Assembly (NCBI GenBank): GCA_047602425.1
Contig: JASGHG010000001.1
Location: 3,040,001-3,104,000 of the forward strand
Length of the DNA stretch: 64,000 bases
Direction of reading: 5' to 3'
Source: Nibricoccus sp.
Lineage (GTDB): Bacteria > Verrucomicrobiota > Verrucomicrobiia > Opitutales > Opitutaceae
A program made the position numbers and the translations under genes. Numbering within the stretch: the stretch's first letter is position 1; the number at the start of each line of letters is the position of its first letter. The notes below the pieces were generated by a model. The model was not told where the DNA came from. It saw nothing but the letters and a program-made list of their open reading frames with translations, and did not search any database. This document shows, piece by piece, positions 27,902-38,846 of the stretch.

Positions 27902-30547
27902 ATGATAAAAAATCGTCTGACTGTTCTATTATCCTTCGGCTTAGTCGCGATCAACGCGTTTGCCCAACCTGTCTCTATCCTTCAAAATTTTCGGAATCCG
28001 GATCTGCCGACCGCCACCCGCGTGAAGGACCTTTTGGCTCGCATGACGCTCGAAGAGAAGATCAGTCAGACCATGATGGCGTCACCGGAAATCACGCGAC
28101 TAGGAATCGTCAAATATGACTGGTGGAATGAGGCGCTTCATGGGGTCGGACGCAACGGCATCGCCACCGTTTTCCCGCAGGCCATCGCCCTTGCCGCCAC
28201 GTGGAACCCCGAACTTCACGGCCGCGTTGCGGAAGTGATCGCGACCGAGGCGCGCGCAAAAAACAACGAGGCTCTCGCGCAGCAGGGTTATTCAAAACGC
28301 TACCAAGGCCTCACGATTTGGTCGCCGAATATAAATATCTTTCGCGATCCTCGTTGGGGGCGCGGCCAGGAGACGTACGGAGAAGATCCGTTTCTCACGA
28401 GCCGTTTTGGCGTAGCTTTTGTACGGGGTCTGCAGGGTAACGATCCGCGCTACCTCAAAACCGTGGCCACGATCAAGCACTACGCTGTGCATAGCGGTCC
28501 CGAGCCGGAACGTCATCATTTTGATGCCGTCGTCAGCCCGCGTGATTTGTGGGAAACTTATTTGCCCGCTTTCGAGGCGGGTATTCGCGAAGGCGGAGCC
28601 ACTTCGATCATGAGCGCCTATAATGCTGTGAACGGCGTTCCGGCGCCTGCGCACACTTACCTGCTCCGACAAATTCTCCGCGAACGCTGGGGTTTCACCG
28701 GCGCAGTGGTTGGAGATGTCGACAACGTTGCCGACATGTGGCGGCCCAACGGTCACAAATATTCCAAGGACGCTGCCGAAGCATCCGCTACCGCCATAAA
28801 GATCGGCAACGATCTTTGCAGTGGCGTCACATATCAAGCGCTGTCCGATGCCGTGAAGCGCGGCCTCGTCACGGAGGCCGAAATCGACGTGGCGCTCCGA
28901 CGCCTTTTCACCCTGCGTTTCCGCCTCGGTGAATTCGATCCCGTCGAACTCGTCTCTTTCCGTGCGATTCCTCCTTCCGCCAACGCGACGCCTGAACATG
29001 ACCGCGTCGCCCTCGAGGCCGCGCGCCAGAGTCTCGTTTTGCTAAAAAATGACGGCACGCTGCCGTGGGATGCCAGGCAGCTGAAAACCGTTGCCGTTCT
29101 CGGTCCGACGGGTGCCGAAATTTCCACGTTGCTTGGCAACTACAACGGATTTCCCCGCAAAACAATGACGCTGGTCGATGGCATACGGGCCAAGTTTGAA
29201 TCTCTCGGCGTCAAGGTCCTTGCCGAACCAGGCGTTCCGCTCGTCAAAGGTTTTCGCATGAGCGGGCAACCGTTTCCCGAAGGTGTGCTCTTCGCCGATT
29301 CCAGTCGCACGCAGTCGGGTCTGAAAGCTGAAATTTTTTCGCACGAAAATTTTGATCCCCGCAAATCCACCGTTGAGGGCACGCCGACGGCCAAGCGCAC
29401 GGACGCCCAGGTCGACTTGCAGTGGGACGAAGCTCAGCCGATCGCGGGAATCCCGATCAAATCCGCCAGCGTTCGTTGGACCGGTATAATGGTTCCCCCT
29501 GTGTCCGGCGAATACGTGCTCGGCGTCGTCGCCGACGGCGCCGTGCGACTCTATATCGACGGCAAGGCCGTCATCGACTCCTGGCGCCGCGATCCCGAAC
29601 GCCCACTCAGCAAGCTAATCAACCTGGAGGCTGGCCGCGCCTACGAAGTCCGCCTTGAGTACGGACAAGCGACGCCGAAAGGCCGCATTCAATTTGGCTG
29701 GATCGCCCCCGGTCAGGATAATTCGCTCGCCAAAGCTCTGGCTGCCGCGCAGGCGGCCGACCACATTGTCCTCACCCTCGGCATCACACCCGACCTTGAA
29801 GGCGAATCCATGAGTGTGACGGCTGAAGGTTTCAAAGGAGGCGATCGCCTCACGCTCGATTTGCCTGCGACGCAACGCGAGCTCCTCGCCAAAATCGCGG
29901 CACTGAAAAAGCCGACGGTCGTCGTTCTCACCACCGGTAGTGCCATTGTTCTCGATGACTCGCAGGCCGGCGCCGTGCTGCTCACTTGGTACTACGGCCA
30001 GCGCGGAGCCGACGCCGTCGCTGAAGCGCTGCTGGGTGAAACCAACCCCGCCGGCCGCCTACCAGTGACCTTCTATCGTAGTGTCGACGATCTTCCTCCG
30101 TTCGAGGACTACGCCATGAAGGGTAGGACCTATCGCTACTACACCGGCAAGCCGCTCTATGCTTTTGGCCATGGGTTAAGCTATACGACATTTGGATATA
30201 GTAAAATGATCGCCTCGGCAAACACGACGCGGGCTGGCGATACGCTGCAATTTTCCGTGACCGTGAAAAACACCGGCCGACGCGACGGCGATGAAGTCGT
30301 TCAACTCTACGCCTCAGCCGTCAATCCGCCCGTGCCGATGCCACTTCGTCAACTCGTGGGTTTTCAACGCGTGTCTCTGAAAGCCGGCGAGGCGAGGATT
30401 GTTAAACTCGATGTTCCGGTTTCGCGCCTGCAACGCTGGGACGAGAAAGCAAATGGTTACGTGGTCGACGCCGGTGAGTACCGCTTCGTCGTCGGTCCGG
30501 CCTCCGACCAGCCTTTGCTCGAAACCAAGGTGACCGTAGTGAAATAA
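27902..30547 (+). CDS. GH3 beta-xylosidase/glucosidase with PA14 and Fn3 domains
   Basis: WWNEALHGV, WSPNINIFRDPRWGRGQETYGEDP, KHYAVHSGPE, PA14 insert, GHGLSYT, DEVVQLY. Confidence 0.95.
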   Translation: MIKNRLTVLLSFGLVAINAFAQPVSILQNFRNPDLPTATRVKDLLARMTLEEKISQTMMASPEITRLGIVKYDWWNEALHGVGRNGIATVFPQAIALAATWNPELHGRVAEVIATEARAKNNEALAQQGYSKRYQGLTIWSPNINIFRDPRWGRGQETYGEDPFLTSRFGVAFVRGLQGNDPRYLKTVATIKHYAVHSGPEPERHHFDAVVSPRDLWETYLPAFEAGIREGGATSIMSAYNAVNGVPAPAHTYLLRQILRERWGFTGAVVGDVDNVADMWRPNGHKYSKDAAEASATAIKIGNDLCSGVTYQALSDAVKRGLVTEAEIDVALRRLFTLRFRLGEFDPVELVSFRAIPPSANATPEHDRVALEAARQSLVLLKNDGTLPWDARQLKTVAVLGPTGAEISTLLGNYNGFPRKTMTLVDGIRAKFESLGVKVLAEPGVPLVKGFRMSGQPFPEGVLFADSSRTQSGLKAEIFSHENFDPRKSTVEGTPTAKRTDAQVDLQWDEAQPIAGIPIKSASVRWTGIMVPPVSGEYVLGVVADGAVRLYIDGKAVIDSWRRDPERPLSKLINLEAGRAYEVRLEYGQATPKGRIQFGWIAPGQDNSLAKALAAAQAADHIVLTLGITPDLEGESMSVTAEGFKGGDRLTLDLPATQRELLAKIAALKKPTVVVLTTGSAIVLDDSQAGAVLLTWYYGQRGADAVAEALLGETNPAGRLPVTFYRSVDDLPPFEDYAMKGRTYRYYTGKPLYAFGHGLSYTTFGYSKMIASANTTRAGDTLQFSVTVKNTGRRDGDEVVQLYASAVNPPVPMPLRQLVGFQRVSLKAGEARIVKLDVPVSRLQRWDEKANGYVVDAGEYRFVVGPASDQPLLETKVTVVK

Positions 30548-30650
30548 TAAACGAACTGAAACGGCGACGCAGACTAGGAAGACCGCTTGTCTCTCAACCT
30601 TCAAAGATTTTATTTTGTATTAAATCTGATATTTGCCAAAGCCTGTATCC

Positions 30651-32594
30651 GTGCAGACAAAACGCCCACCGGAATCCCGTCCTTTACAAGCTTACTGGTT
30701 TGTTGCCGGGATTTTCGTTGCCACGTTTTTTGCGTACCTTCCCTCGCTATCGGGTGGATTTCTTTGGGATGATGACGGTCATGTCACAACACCCAGCCTG
30801 CGATCAATTACAGGTTTGGGCCGAATCTGGTTTGAGCCTGGCATCACACAGCAATATTATCCTTTGCTTCATTCGGCTTTTTGGCTCGAAAGCCAGTTTT
30901 GGGCGGATAATCCTCTTGGATATCGGCTGGTAAATCTGTTGCTGCATGCGACGTCAGCCTGTCTTTTTGCCGCCGTGTTGCGACGGCTTTCTGTTCCTGG
31001 TGCATGGTTCGCCGCTTTCCTCTTCGCCCTTCATCCCGTTTGCGTCGAGTCAGTGGCGTGGATTTCTGAGCAAAAGAACGCGTTGTCACTCGTATTTTAT
31101 TTGGGCGCGGCACTTATCTATTTGCGATTCGAAGAAACGCGGCGCCCACGAACGTATGTAATCGCCACAGCACTCTTCGTTGCGGCCTTGCTGACCAAGA
31201 CCGTCACGGCGACCCTGCCGGCGGCACTTCTGGTTGTAGCTTGGTGGCGAAGAGGCGGACTGGAACAGCGTCGCGATATATTTCCCGTTATACCATGGTT
31301 CGTTCTTAGTATTGGCGCTGCGATCATGACTAGCTGGTTCGAAAAAGTATATATTGGCGCTGAAGGGGAGCTGTTTACGCTGTCGTGGGTGGAGCGGATG
31401 CTACTGGCTGGCCGCATCGCCTGGTTTTACCTTGAGAAATTGGCGCTGCCATTGAATCTGACCTTTATTTATCCCCGGTGGGAGATTGATGCATCCGTAG
31501 GGTGGCAATGGCTTTTCCTCGTCGGAGCTGTGGCAGTGTCGGTTTATATGTTTGTTCGGAAGCGCCGGGCCATCCTTGCATGTTGGTTGCTTTTTGTTGG
31601 TTCTCTCACACCGGCGCTCGGATTTATCAACGTTTATCCATTTGTATATTCCTACGTAGCGGATCATTTTCAGTACCTTGCCTGCCTTGCTCCGTTGGCG
31701 GGAGCGGCCGCACTTTTGACACGGTGGACAACCCGGCTCCCGCGCGTCGCCGCTATGGCAATCGCATTGGGCCTTCCGGTCCTTTTGGGCGTGTTGACCC
31801 TCCTACAAAGCCGCATGTATCGGGATGAGTTCACGCTTTATGAAACCACCTTGGAAAGAAACCCATCAAGCTGGATGGCGCATACCAATCTTGCTCGCCT
31901 GTTGACGGATAGCGGCCGGCCGCTTGAAGCCATTCCGCATCTCGAAAAAGCATTGCGTCTCCGCGCAGATCTTCCCGAGGCGGAAAATAATCTTGGATAT
32001 ACACTCACGGTCCTTGGGCGGAGCAGGGAAGGGATTCCGCATCTCCAGCGTGCGCTCGCACTCAAGCCTCAATATATCCAAGCCTATAATAACCTCGGTC
32101 ACGCTTATGTCATGACCGGTGATTTGGACGCTGCGATAAAAACCTTTCGCGAGGCCCTGCGACGTGAGCCGAAGGAGGCCGGCACTTATTTCAACCTCGG
32201 GCTCGCGCTTGCACAGAGCGATAGAACCTGCGAAGCAATCCCAGAATTCGAGCGCGCGGTGAAACTCAGGCCCGACTATGCAGATGCGGAACTCAACTGG
32301 GGTATTGGACTAATGCTCACCGGTTCTTTCCCCGCAGCGGTCCCTCACTTCGAACGGGCAATCGAACTCGACCCTGATTCCGCACGCTATCATGCGCTTT
32401 ATGCGCGGGCACTCGCCGGGGCATCGCGTTGGCGCGATGCGGAATATCATTATAGTCAATCGCTGGAAATCGATCCCGCCCAAGCCGACGTTCATCTCGG
32501 CCTTGCGGGTGTATTGCGGCAGCTTGGCCGCTCTGAAGAGGCGGCACTTCATTACCAAGAGGCCGGGCGCCTTCAGCAAGCTACGATACGCTAA
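30651..32594 (+). CDS. TMTC-like GT-C membrane protein with C-terminal TPR repeats
   Basis: FLWDDD loop, YYP, FALHPVCVESVAWISE, VADHFQY; many TM helices then TPRs. Start uncertain (30633 or 30651). Confidence 0.85.
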   Translation: MQTKRPPESRPLQAYWFVAGIFVATFFAYLPSLSGGFLWDDDGHVTTPSLRSITGLGRIWFEPGITQQYYPLLHSAFWLESQFWADNPLGYRLVNLLLHATSACLFAAVLRRLSVPGAWFAAFLFALHPVCVESVAWISEQKNALSLVFYLGAALIYLRFEETRRPRTYVIATALFVAALLTKTVTATLPAALLVVAWWRRGGLEQRRDIFPVIPWFVLSIGAAIMTSWFEKVYIGAEGELFTLSWVERMLLAGRIAWFYLEKLALPLNLTFIYPRWEIDASVGWQWLFLVGAVAVSVYMFVRKRRAILACWLLFVGSLTPALGFINVYPFVYSYVADHFQYLACLAPLAGAAALLTRWTTRLPRVAAMAIALGLPVLLGVLTLLQSRMYRDEFTLYETTLERNPSSWMAHTNLARLLTDSGRPLEAIPHLEKALRLRADLPEAENNLGYTLTVLGRSREGIPHLQRALALKPQYIQAYNNLGHAYVMTGDLDAAIKTFREALRREPKEAGTYFNLGLALAQSDRTCEAIPEFERAVKLRPDYADAELNWGIGLMLTGSFPAAVPHFERAIELDPDSARYHALYARALAGASRWRDAEYHYSQSLEIDPAQADVHLGLAGVLRQLGRSEEAALHYQEAGRLQQATIR

Positions 32595-32863
32595 ACTCGC
32601 CACGGGGAAGTTGGAGGCTCAAAGGGATTGCTCAACGATATGAGCATCGTGACGGTTGAAACTATCCGGAGAAAGTTTTCCTCTTATTGGGACAACCAAC
32701 TCATATCTGCCATTCTCGCGCGTACTTTTTGAGTGCCCGGGTTTGTCAGTTCCCCAGACACCCTAACCCAGCAGGTCAGTGTTGAGCAGCCGCATTGTTA
32801 CCGGGCTCGCCTTCATTGATTCAACATAAGCCGGTTCCCCAGCGCCGTGCCTATAGATTAACT

Positions 32864-35800
32864 ATGAAAAAATACTCCCATCTCAGGCGGATCATTTTAT
32901 TATTGGCCGCCTCGACAGTGACGTTGCCGTTGATTCCGTCATCTTTCGGTCAAACGGCTTCTGAATCGGCAGCCGCAACTCCGGCACCGGCCACGCCGGC
33001 TGCAAAACCTGAGCGTGAAAAGAAAATTCCCGTCGAAACCGTCAAAGCTGAGGACAAAGCAGAGGCTGTCGCTGATGACGAAACGATCGTGATGTCACCT
33101 TTCGAAGTGACGGCAAGCACGCGAGGATATTTTGCGTCGAACAGCATGTCGGGCACCCGTTTCAACTCGAAAGTTGAAGATCTGGCCTCGTCGTTGACGA
33201 TCATGACGAAGGAGCAAATGGATGATTTCGGTATGCTGGATATCAACGACGTCCTGCATTTCACCGCCGGCGCCGAAGGCACTTCGACCTATACAGATTT
33301 TAATATAGATCGTAACGGCCAGTTGAACGACAACGTTCAGCTAGATCCAAAAAACGCGAATCGCATTCGTGGTATCCTTGCTGCCAATCAGTCTTATGGC
33401 AATTTCGAGGTCAGCCGTCTTCAGGTGGATCGCATCATGACGGATGGCATCGAGATTGGCCGCGGTCCCAACGCCAACGTCTTCGGCCTTGGTTTCGCCG
33501 CCGGTACGGTCAACCAGGTTCCTGCCGCCGCAAACCTTATGCGCAACAAGACGCGCATCGATTTTCGTGTGGATAGCTATGACGGCTATCGTTCGTCATT
33601 TGATGTCAACCAAGTGCTCAAGCGAGGCGTATTGGCGCTCCGTGTGAACGGCGCTTTCCAACACGAGGGATTCGTACGCAAGCCATCCGGCATGGATACG
33701 ACGCGTTTCAATATGTATGTGAAATACCAGCCGTTCAAAAATACGACGATTAGCGCTTCGCAATTGAGATTTCGTACAAACGGCACTCGCCCGAATTTCA
33801 CCCCGCCCCGTGATTATATTACCGACTGGGTAAACGCGGGCAAACCGACGTGGGATCCCGTTGCAATGGTAGTGCACCGCAATGGTGAAACGATTGACCG
33901 CTTTGGAGTGGTTAGCCCCAGTAGGACGCAACCGCTCAGTCCAATCACGGCCGACACTCAATTCCCCACCGATGTACCTTTCGCTCGCGCCAACAATTCT
34001 CGCAACAACGTTACTGTCGACCGGCAGGGAATTACCTATTGGACGATGCCCGGCGCCAGCAATCCGCTTCCGGCCTCAGCCAATCAGTTTATTCCCTCAC
34101 CGCTGTTTGCCGGACAAAACGTCCGCACGATGCAGACCAATTTCTTGGGCGGCACAAACGGCAGGTTTGGCAACCAGCCTCTCTTTTCGTCGGCTCCATC
34201 GGTGGGTGACCACAGTTACTACGATTGGGGTTCCATAAATCTTTCGGCCACTAACAGTGAGTGGGAAAATACCGATGCTTATTTGGTCCAGCTCGATCAG
34301 ATTGTATTGAACACACCTCGGCAGACTCTCTTTGTGCAAGGTTCGTTCTTCCGTGAGAACTCCATGCAATACAAGCGCCAGCCACTGGGTAACTCCGGCG
34401 TTTCTGGTGTCACGGGCCAGCTCTTTGTCGACATCAACGAGAAGCGTCTCGATGGTTCACCCAATCCGAATCTCGGTCGCCCCTATATTGCGGCCGGTGA
34501 ATTCACCACCCGCTATAGTCCCTTGGATTGGGACACTTTCCGCGCGCAATTCGCATACAAGCTGGATCTCCGAAACGAGAAAGGCTGGCTCAAGTGGCTG
34601 GGTATGCATCAGTTCACTGGTTATGACGAATATAAATACCGCATCAACCGCCAGTGGGCCTATCGCGAGACGATCACCTCGGATCATTCGTGGACCGGTG
34701 CGCAGACGATGCTCGCCCAAAATGGTATCGCCCGCGCCAATCAAAGCGGTGTGCCAGGTGGCGCTTCCGCCGGCCCGAATCTCATTCGCAGTTACTATAT
34801 GCACTATATTGGTGATGCCGGCGACCAGCAAATTGACTATGCGCCTACTCCAATCGCCCATGGGCAATATCCATTGGTTTGGGGCGGTTACCGCACTGTC
34901 TATACTGCGACGAGTATTCCCGGTAATCCGAATATGGCGGGCGCCGTGGATCCCACCACCGGTACATTCTTCACCGATATGGCCACCCTCGGTTTCTTGC
35001 CGACCACCGATCAGACGGGCGGTACTAACAACCTGAAGCAGATCATTAAAACACCAGGCTTTGTTGTTCAGAGTCATTTTCTTGACAGCAAAATCGTGAC
35101 AACTTTTGGCATGCGTCAGGATCGCGTCTATTCGAAGAACGGCCCCAGCAAAGCGACGCCGCAAACTCCAATCGGCGGTGCGAATCTTCTGAATGACTAC
35201 ACTGTCCACGATTGGACTTACAACAACCACTGGGAGTACGGCGACTACCGCTACAATATCGGCAAAACCAAGACCGCCGGTCTAGTGGTTCGGCCGTTCC
35301 GCGATCTGGGTTTTGTTAACAGGAGTGCAAACGCCCGCGGTATGTTTAGTTGGATCGCCGACGGTTTGCGTGGTCTTTCGCTCACCTATAATGTTTCTGA
35401 CAATTTTTATCCTCAAGCCCCTGCAGTCGACTTGTTTCGCCGTCAGTTGCCGAACGTTACAGGCGAAGGCAAGGATTATGGCTTCTGGATGACTTTTGCG
35501 GACAACAAACTCGTTGTACGCTTCAACCACTATATCACGAAGCAGCTCAATATTCGTAACGGTGAAGCCAATACCATCGCGCAACGCGTCCTGCGTCTGG
35601 ACCTCGACGTTTCTGGTGACGCTTTTCAACTCACAGATCGGGCTTTGGCGTGGCACAGGACTAATTTCCTGTTGGCCAATCCCACCCGGACACTTGCATC
35701 GATCACCCCAGCGGAGAACGCACAATTCTTCGCCGCAGCCCTAGCGCAGATGCAAATGCCATTGGATGAGTATGTAACTCTCGACACTGCATTTAGAGGT

Positions 35801-36574
35801 TCAGGCACACTCGCGGCGACCAACGATTTTATCTCCCGGGGTAACGAACTGGAAATTAATTATAACCCGACGCGTAACTGGCGTTTGTCGGCTTCAGTAA
35901 CAGAGACGAAATCATTTACAACCAACGTATCCAATACGATTCAGGAATGGATCGACAAACGTCTGCCGGTGTGGACTTCGATCGTGGATCTCAACCAGAC
36001 TTCGAATACGATCAATACAGGTGCTGATGCATATTGGGCGCCTGACGCTGCCAATCCAAATCACCTTTGGTGGTTGCATAAGTACAACAACGGACAATCG
36101 CCATTTGAGAATTACACCTCGAACGTGGCGGCGCCGTACAAAGTCATCAAGCAACAGGAAGGTAAGTCCAAGCCGAGTGTACGCCGCTACAACGTGAAAA
36201 TGGCCACCAGTCTCGATCTGGCTGCTTTCTCTGATAACCGTGTCATCAAAAAAATCCGCGTTGGTATGTCTGGAAACTGGATGGATAAGGGCGCCATCGG
36301 TTACTATGGCAAACAACAGTTGCCGGCAATCGTCACCGAGTTGGATGCGGACAGACCGATCTACGACAAGACGCGGCTCTACATTGGTGCGTTCGTGGCC
36401 TACAAAACCAAACTCTACCGGGATAAAGTTGCAGCGAACTTCCAGTTCAACGTCGAGAATCTCGGCGAGAATGGACGGTTGCAGCCCATCGGCGCCTTCC
36501 CCGACGGAACGCCCAACGCCTATCGCATCGTCGATCCGCAGAAGTTTATTTTGAGCATGTCGTTTGAATTATAA
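32864..36574 (+). CDS. Large (~1236 aa) TonB-dependent receptor
   Basis: Signal peptide, MSPFEV...GY motif, NRIRG plug, EIGRGPNA..FGLG, C-terminal LSMSFEL. Confidence 0.88.
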   Translation: MKKYSHLRRIILLLAASTVTLPLIPSSFGQTASESAAATPAPATPAAKPEREKKIPVETVKAEDKAEAVADDETIVMSPFEVTASTRGYFASNSMSGTRFNSKVEDLASSLTIMTKEQMDDFGMLDINDVLHFTAGAEGTSTYTDFNIDRNGQLNDNVQLDPKNANRIRGILAANQSYGNFEVSRLQVDRIMTDGIEIGRGPNANVFGLGFAAGTVNQVPAAANLMRNKTRIDFRVDSYDGYRSSFDVNQVLKRGVLALRVNGAFQHEGFVRKPSGMDTTRFNMYVKYQPFKNTTISASQLRFRTNGTRPNFTPPRDYITDWVNAGKPTWDPVAMVVHRNGETIDRFGVVSPSRTQPLSPITADTQFPTDVPFARANNSRNNVTVDRQGITYWTMPGASNPLPASANQFIPSPLFAGQNVRTMQTNFLGGTNGRFGNQPLFSSAPSVGDHSYYDWGSINLSATNSEWENTDAYLVQLDQIVLNTPRQTLFVQGSFFRENSMQYKRQPLGNSGVSGVTGQLFVDINEKRLDGSPNPNLGRPYIAAGEFTTRYSPLDWDTFRAQFAYKLDLRNEKGWLKWLGMHQFTGYDEYKYRINRQWAYRETITSDHSWTGAQTMLAQNGIARANQSGVPGGASAGPNLIRSYYMHYIGDAGDQQIDYAPTPIAHGQYPLVWGGYRTVYTATSIPGNPNMAGAVDPTTGTFFTDMATLGFLPTTDQTGGTNNLKQIIKTPGFVVQSHFLDSKIVTTFGMRQDRVYSKNGPSKATPQTPIGGANLLNDYTVHDWTYNNHWEYGDYRYNIGKTKTAGLVVRPFRDLGFVNRSANARGMFSWIADGLRGLSLTYNVSDNFYPQAPAVDLFRRQLPNVTGEGKDYGFWMTFADNKLVVRFNHYITKQLNIRNGEANTIAQRVLRLDLDVSGDAFQLTDRALAWHRTNFLLANPTRTLASITPAENAQFFAAALAQMQMPLDEYVTLDTAFRGSGTLAATNDFISRGNELEINYNPTRNWRLSASVTETKSFTTNVSNTIQEWIDKRLPVWTSIVDLNQTSNTINTGADAYWAPDAANPNHLWWLHKYNNGQSPFENYTSNVAAPYKVIKQQEGKSKPSVRRYNVKMATSLDLAAFSDNRVIKKIRVGMSGNWMDKGAIGYYGKQQLPAIVTELDADRPIYDKTRLYIGAFVAYKTKLYRDKVAANFQFNVENLGENGRLQPIGAFPDGTPNAYRIVDPQKFILSMSFEL

Positions 36575-36609
36575 CGCAGCGCGCACGACTTATCACTCGT
36601 TTCTCATCG

Positions 36610-36638
36610 GGCGGCCCTTTCAGGGCCGCCTTTTTCTT
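36610..36638 (+). terminator. Intrinsic terminator
   Basis: GGCGGCCCT-TTC-AGGGCCGCC followed by TTTTTCTT. Confidence 0.85.
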
Positions 36639-36722
36639 GCTGCGCCCTCGGTCGAAGGCGTAGCCACAACGCTGCACTTGCGATTTGACAAAATCCTGCA
36701 ACCGGAGGCCATTGGCGCACGC

Positions 36723-38795
36723 ATGTCGTTGAATCCTTTTCTCGATCCCGCTTTTGAAATTCGTTGGTCGCAGCTCACGCCCGACAAAATCGTACCTGCG
36801 ATCGAACAGGCTCTCGCCAGCGCCCAAGCCGCAATAGATGCGATCGCCGCACAGGAGCTGGCGACGGTTTCCTACGAGAAAACCTTTCTTGCGCTTGAAC
36901 GGGCGACCGAGCAACTCGGTCTCGCTTGGGGCAAGGTCACGCACCTCCAGTCTGTGGCCGATTCGCCGGCTTTGCGCGAAGCCCACAACGCGCTTCTGCC
37001 CAAAGTCTCCGCCTTCTATGCGGCCATCCCGCTCAACGGACCGCTTTGGACACGGTTGAAAGCTTTCGCAACCACTCCGGACGCCCAAAAACTGACGGGT
37101 GTCCACAAACGTTTCTTCGAGGAGACGATGCTCGATTTTCGCCAATCGGGCGCCGATTTGTCCGAGGAAAAGCAGGCGCGTCTGCAGGCGTTGCAGAGTG
37201 AACTTGCTCAAGTCACCGATAAATATTCGGAGCACGTTCTCGATGCGACGAACGCGTGGCAGCTTCTTGTTGAGGATGAAGCGCGTCTCGCCGGCCTGCC
37301 TGAGCATGCGAAAGCCGCCGCACGTCGCAGCGCGGAATCGAAGCAACTTGGCTCGCCCGAAAACCCCGTCTGGCGTTTCACCCTGCACATGCCGTCGCAG
37401 GAACCCTTCATGACGTATCTCGACGACGAGGCGTTGCGGCGGGAAATGTGGCAGGCCGCGATTTCGGTCGGTGCGAAAGCCCCGCATGACAACACGCCGC
37501 TCGTTCCGCGCATTCTTGCCTTGCGCGCGGAAAAAGCCGCGCTGCTCGGACGTCCGCATTTTGCGGATCTCACGTTGGAGCGCCGCATGGCCAAATCGGG
37601 TGCGCGGGCGACGGAGTTTCTCGACGACTTGCAAAAACGCGCGGCGAAGGCCTTCGCCAAAGAGTGCCGCGAACTGGAGGAGTTCAAAGCGCAGCAAACC
37701 GGAAAGCCGGTCGCGCCGCTTGCGCCGTGGGAGCTCGGCTATTGGTCGGAAAAACTTCGCAAGGCACGCTACGATTTCGACGAGGAGCAACTGCGTCCGT
37801 ATTTCCCGATGAACCGCGTTATTGGCGGTTTATTTGAGTTGGCGAAACGCGTTTTCGGATTGGAGATAGTGGCTCGTTCGCCGGGCGCGGTCGAAGTCTG
37901 GCATCCCGAGGTGAAATTTTACGACCTGTACGACCAGAACCGCCGGCATCTCGGTTCTTTTTACTCCGACTGGCATCCGCGCGAGTCCAAACGCGGTGGC
38001 GCCTGGATGAACTATCTCATCACGGGCGGCCCGCAGCCGGACGGTTCGCGCAAGCCGCATCTGGGTCTTATCTGCGGCAACATGACGCCGCCCGCCGGGG
38101 AGAAACCGGCTTTGCTAACCCATCGCGAGGTGGAAACGATTTTCCACGAGTTCGGTCATTTGTTGCACCACCTGCTGGGCGAAGTGGAAATCAAATCGCT
38201 GAACGGCGTGAACGTCGCATGGGATTTTGTCGAACTGCCTTCCCAGATCATGGAAAATTGGTGTTGGGAGCGCGAGAGCCTGGATCTCTTCGCACGTCAC
38301 AGCGAAAACGATACGCTGATTTCCGAGGAGATTTTCAAAAAAATGATCGCGGCGAAAAACTTTCGTTCAGCCTGTGCGACGATGCGGCAGCTAGCGTTTG
38401 CGAAGATGGATCTCGCGTTGCATATGCGTACGGCGGAGTTTTCCGGCGAGGCCGATGTGGAACAAAAAGTTCGGGCTCTCATCGCCGATTGCCTCGTACC
38501 GACCCAGCCGCCGTCGCCAACAATCGTCAAGCGTTTCAACCATATCTTTTCGGATCCCGTCGGCTATGCGGCGGGATATTATTCTTACAAATGGGCGGAA
38601 GTGCTCGATGCGGATGCTTTCACGCGATTTAAACGCGAAGGCATTTTCAACGCGAAAACGGGGGCAGAATTTGTCATCCAGATTCTGAGCCGCGGTAATT
38701 CGGCCGATCCGGCCGACCTTTATCGCGCATTCATGGGCCGCGAGCCGGACCTCAACGCGCTGCTTGAGCGGAGTGGCCTTGCGACGGGAAGTTAG
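36723..38795 (+). CDS. prlC: M3A oligopeptidase A
   Basis: KRGGAWM, FHEFGHLLHH, WDFVELPSQ, GYAAGYYSYKWAEVL. Confidence 0.93.
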   Translation: MSLNPFLDPAFEIRWSQLTPDKIVPAIEQALASAQAAIDAIAAQELATVSYEKTFLALERATEQLGLAWGKVTHLQSVADSPALREAHNALLPKVSAFYAAIPLNGPLWTRLKAFATTPDAQKLTGVHKRFFEETMLDFRQSGADLSEEKQARLQALQSELAQVTDKYSEHVLDATNAWQLLVEDEARLAGLPEHAKAAARRSAESKQLGSPENPVWRFTLHMPSQEPFMTYLDDEALRREMWQAAISVGAKAPHDNTPLVPRILALRAEKAALLGRPHFADLTLERRMAKSGARATEFLDDLQKRAAKAFAKECRELEEFKAQQTGKPVAPLAPWELGYWSEKLRKARYDFDEEQLRPYFPMNRVIGGLFELAKRVFGLEIVARSPGAVEVWHPEVKFYDLYDQNRRHLGSFYSDWHPRESKRGGAWMNYLITGGPQPDGSRKPHLGLICGNMTPPAGEKPALLTHREVETIFHEFGHLLHHLLGEVEIKSLNGVNVAWDFVELPSQIMENWCWERESLDLFARHSENDTLISEEIFKKMIAAKNFRSACATMRQLAFAKMDLALHMRTAEFSGEADVEQKVRALIADCLVPTQPPSPTIVKRFNHIFSDPVGYAAGYYSYKWAEVLDADAFTRFKREGIFNAKTGAEFVIQILSRGNSADPADLYRAFMGREPDLNALLERSGLATGS

Positions 38796-38846
38796 GCGAT
38801 ATCGGCGGGCCACCGGGGCGAGATTTTGCTGTCAAAGTATTCTCTC

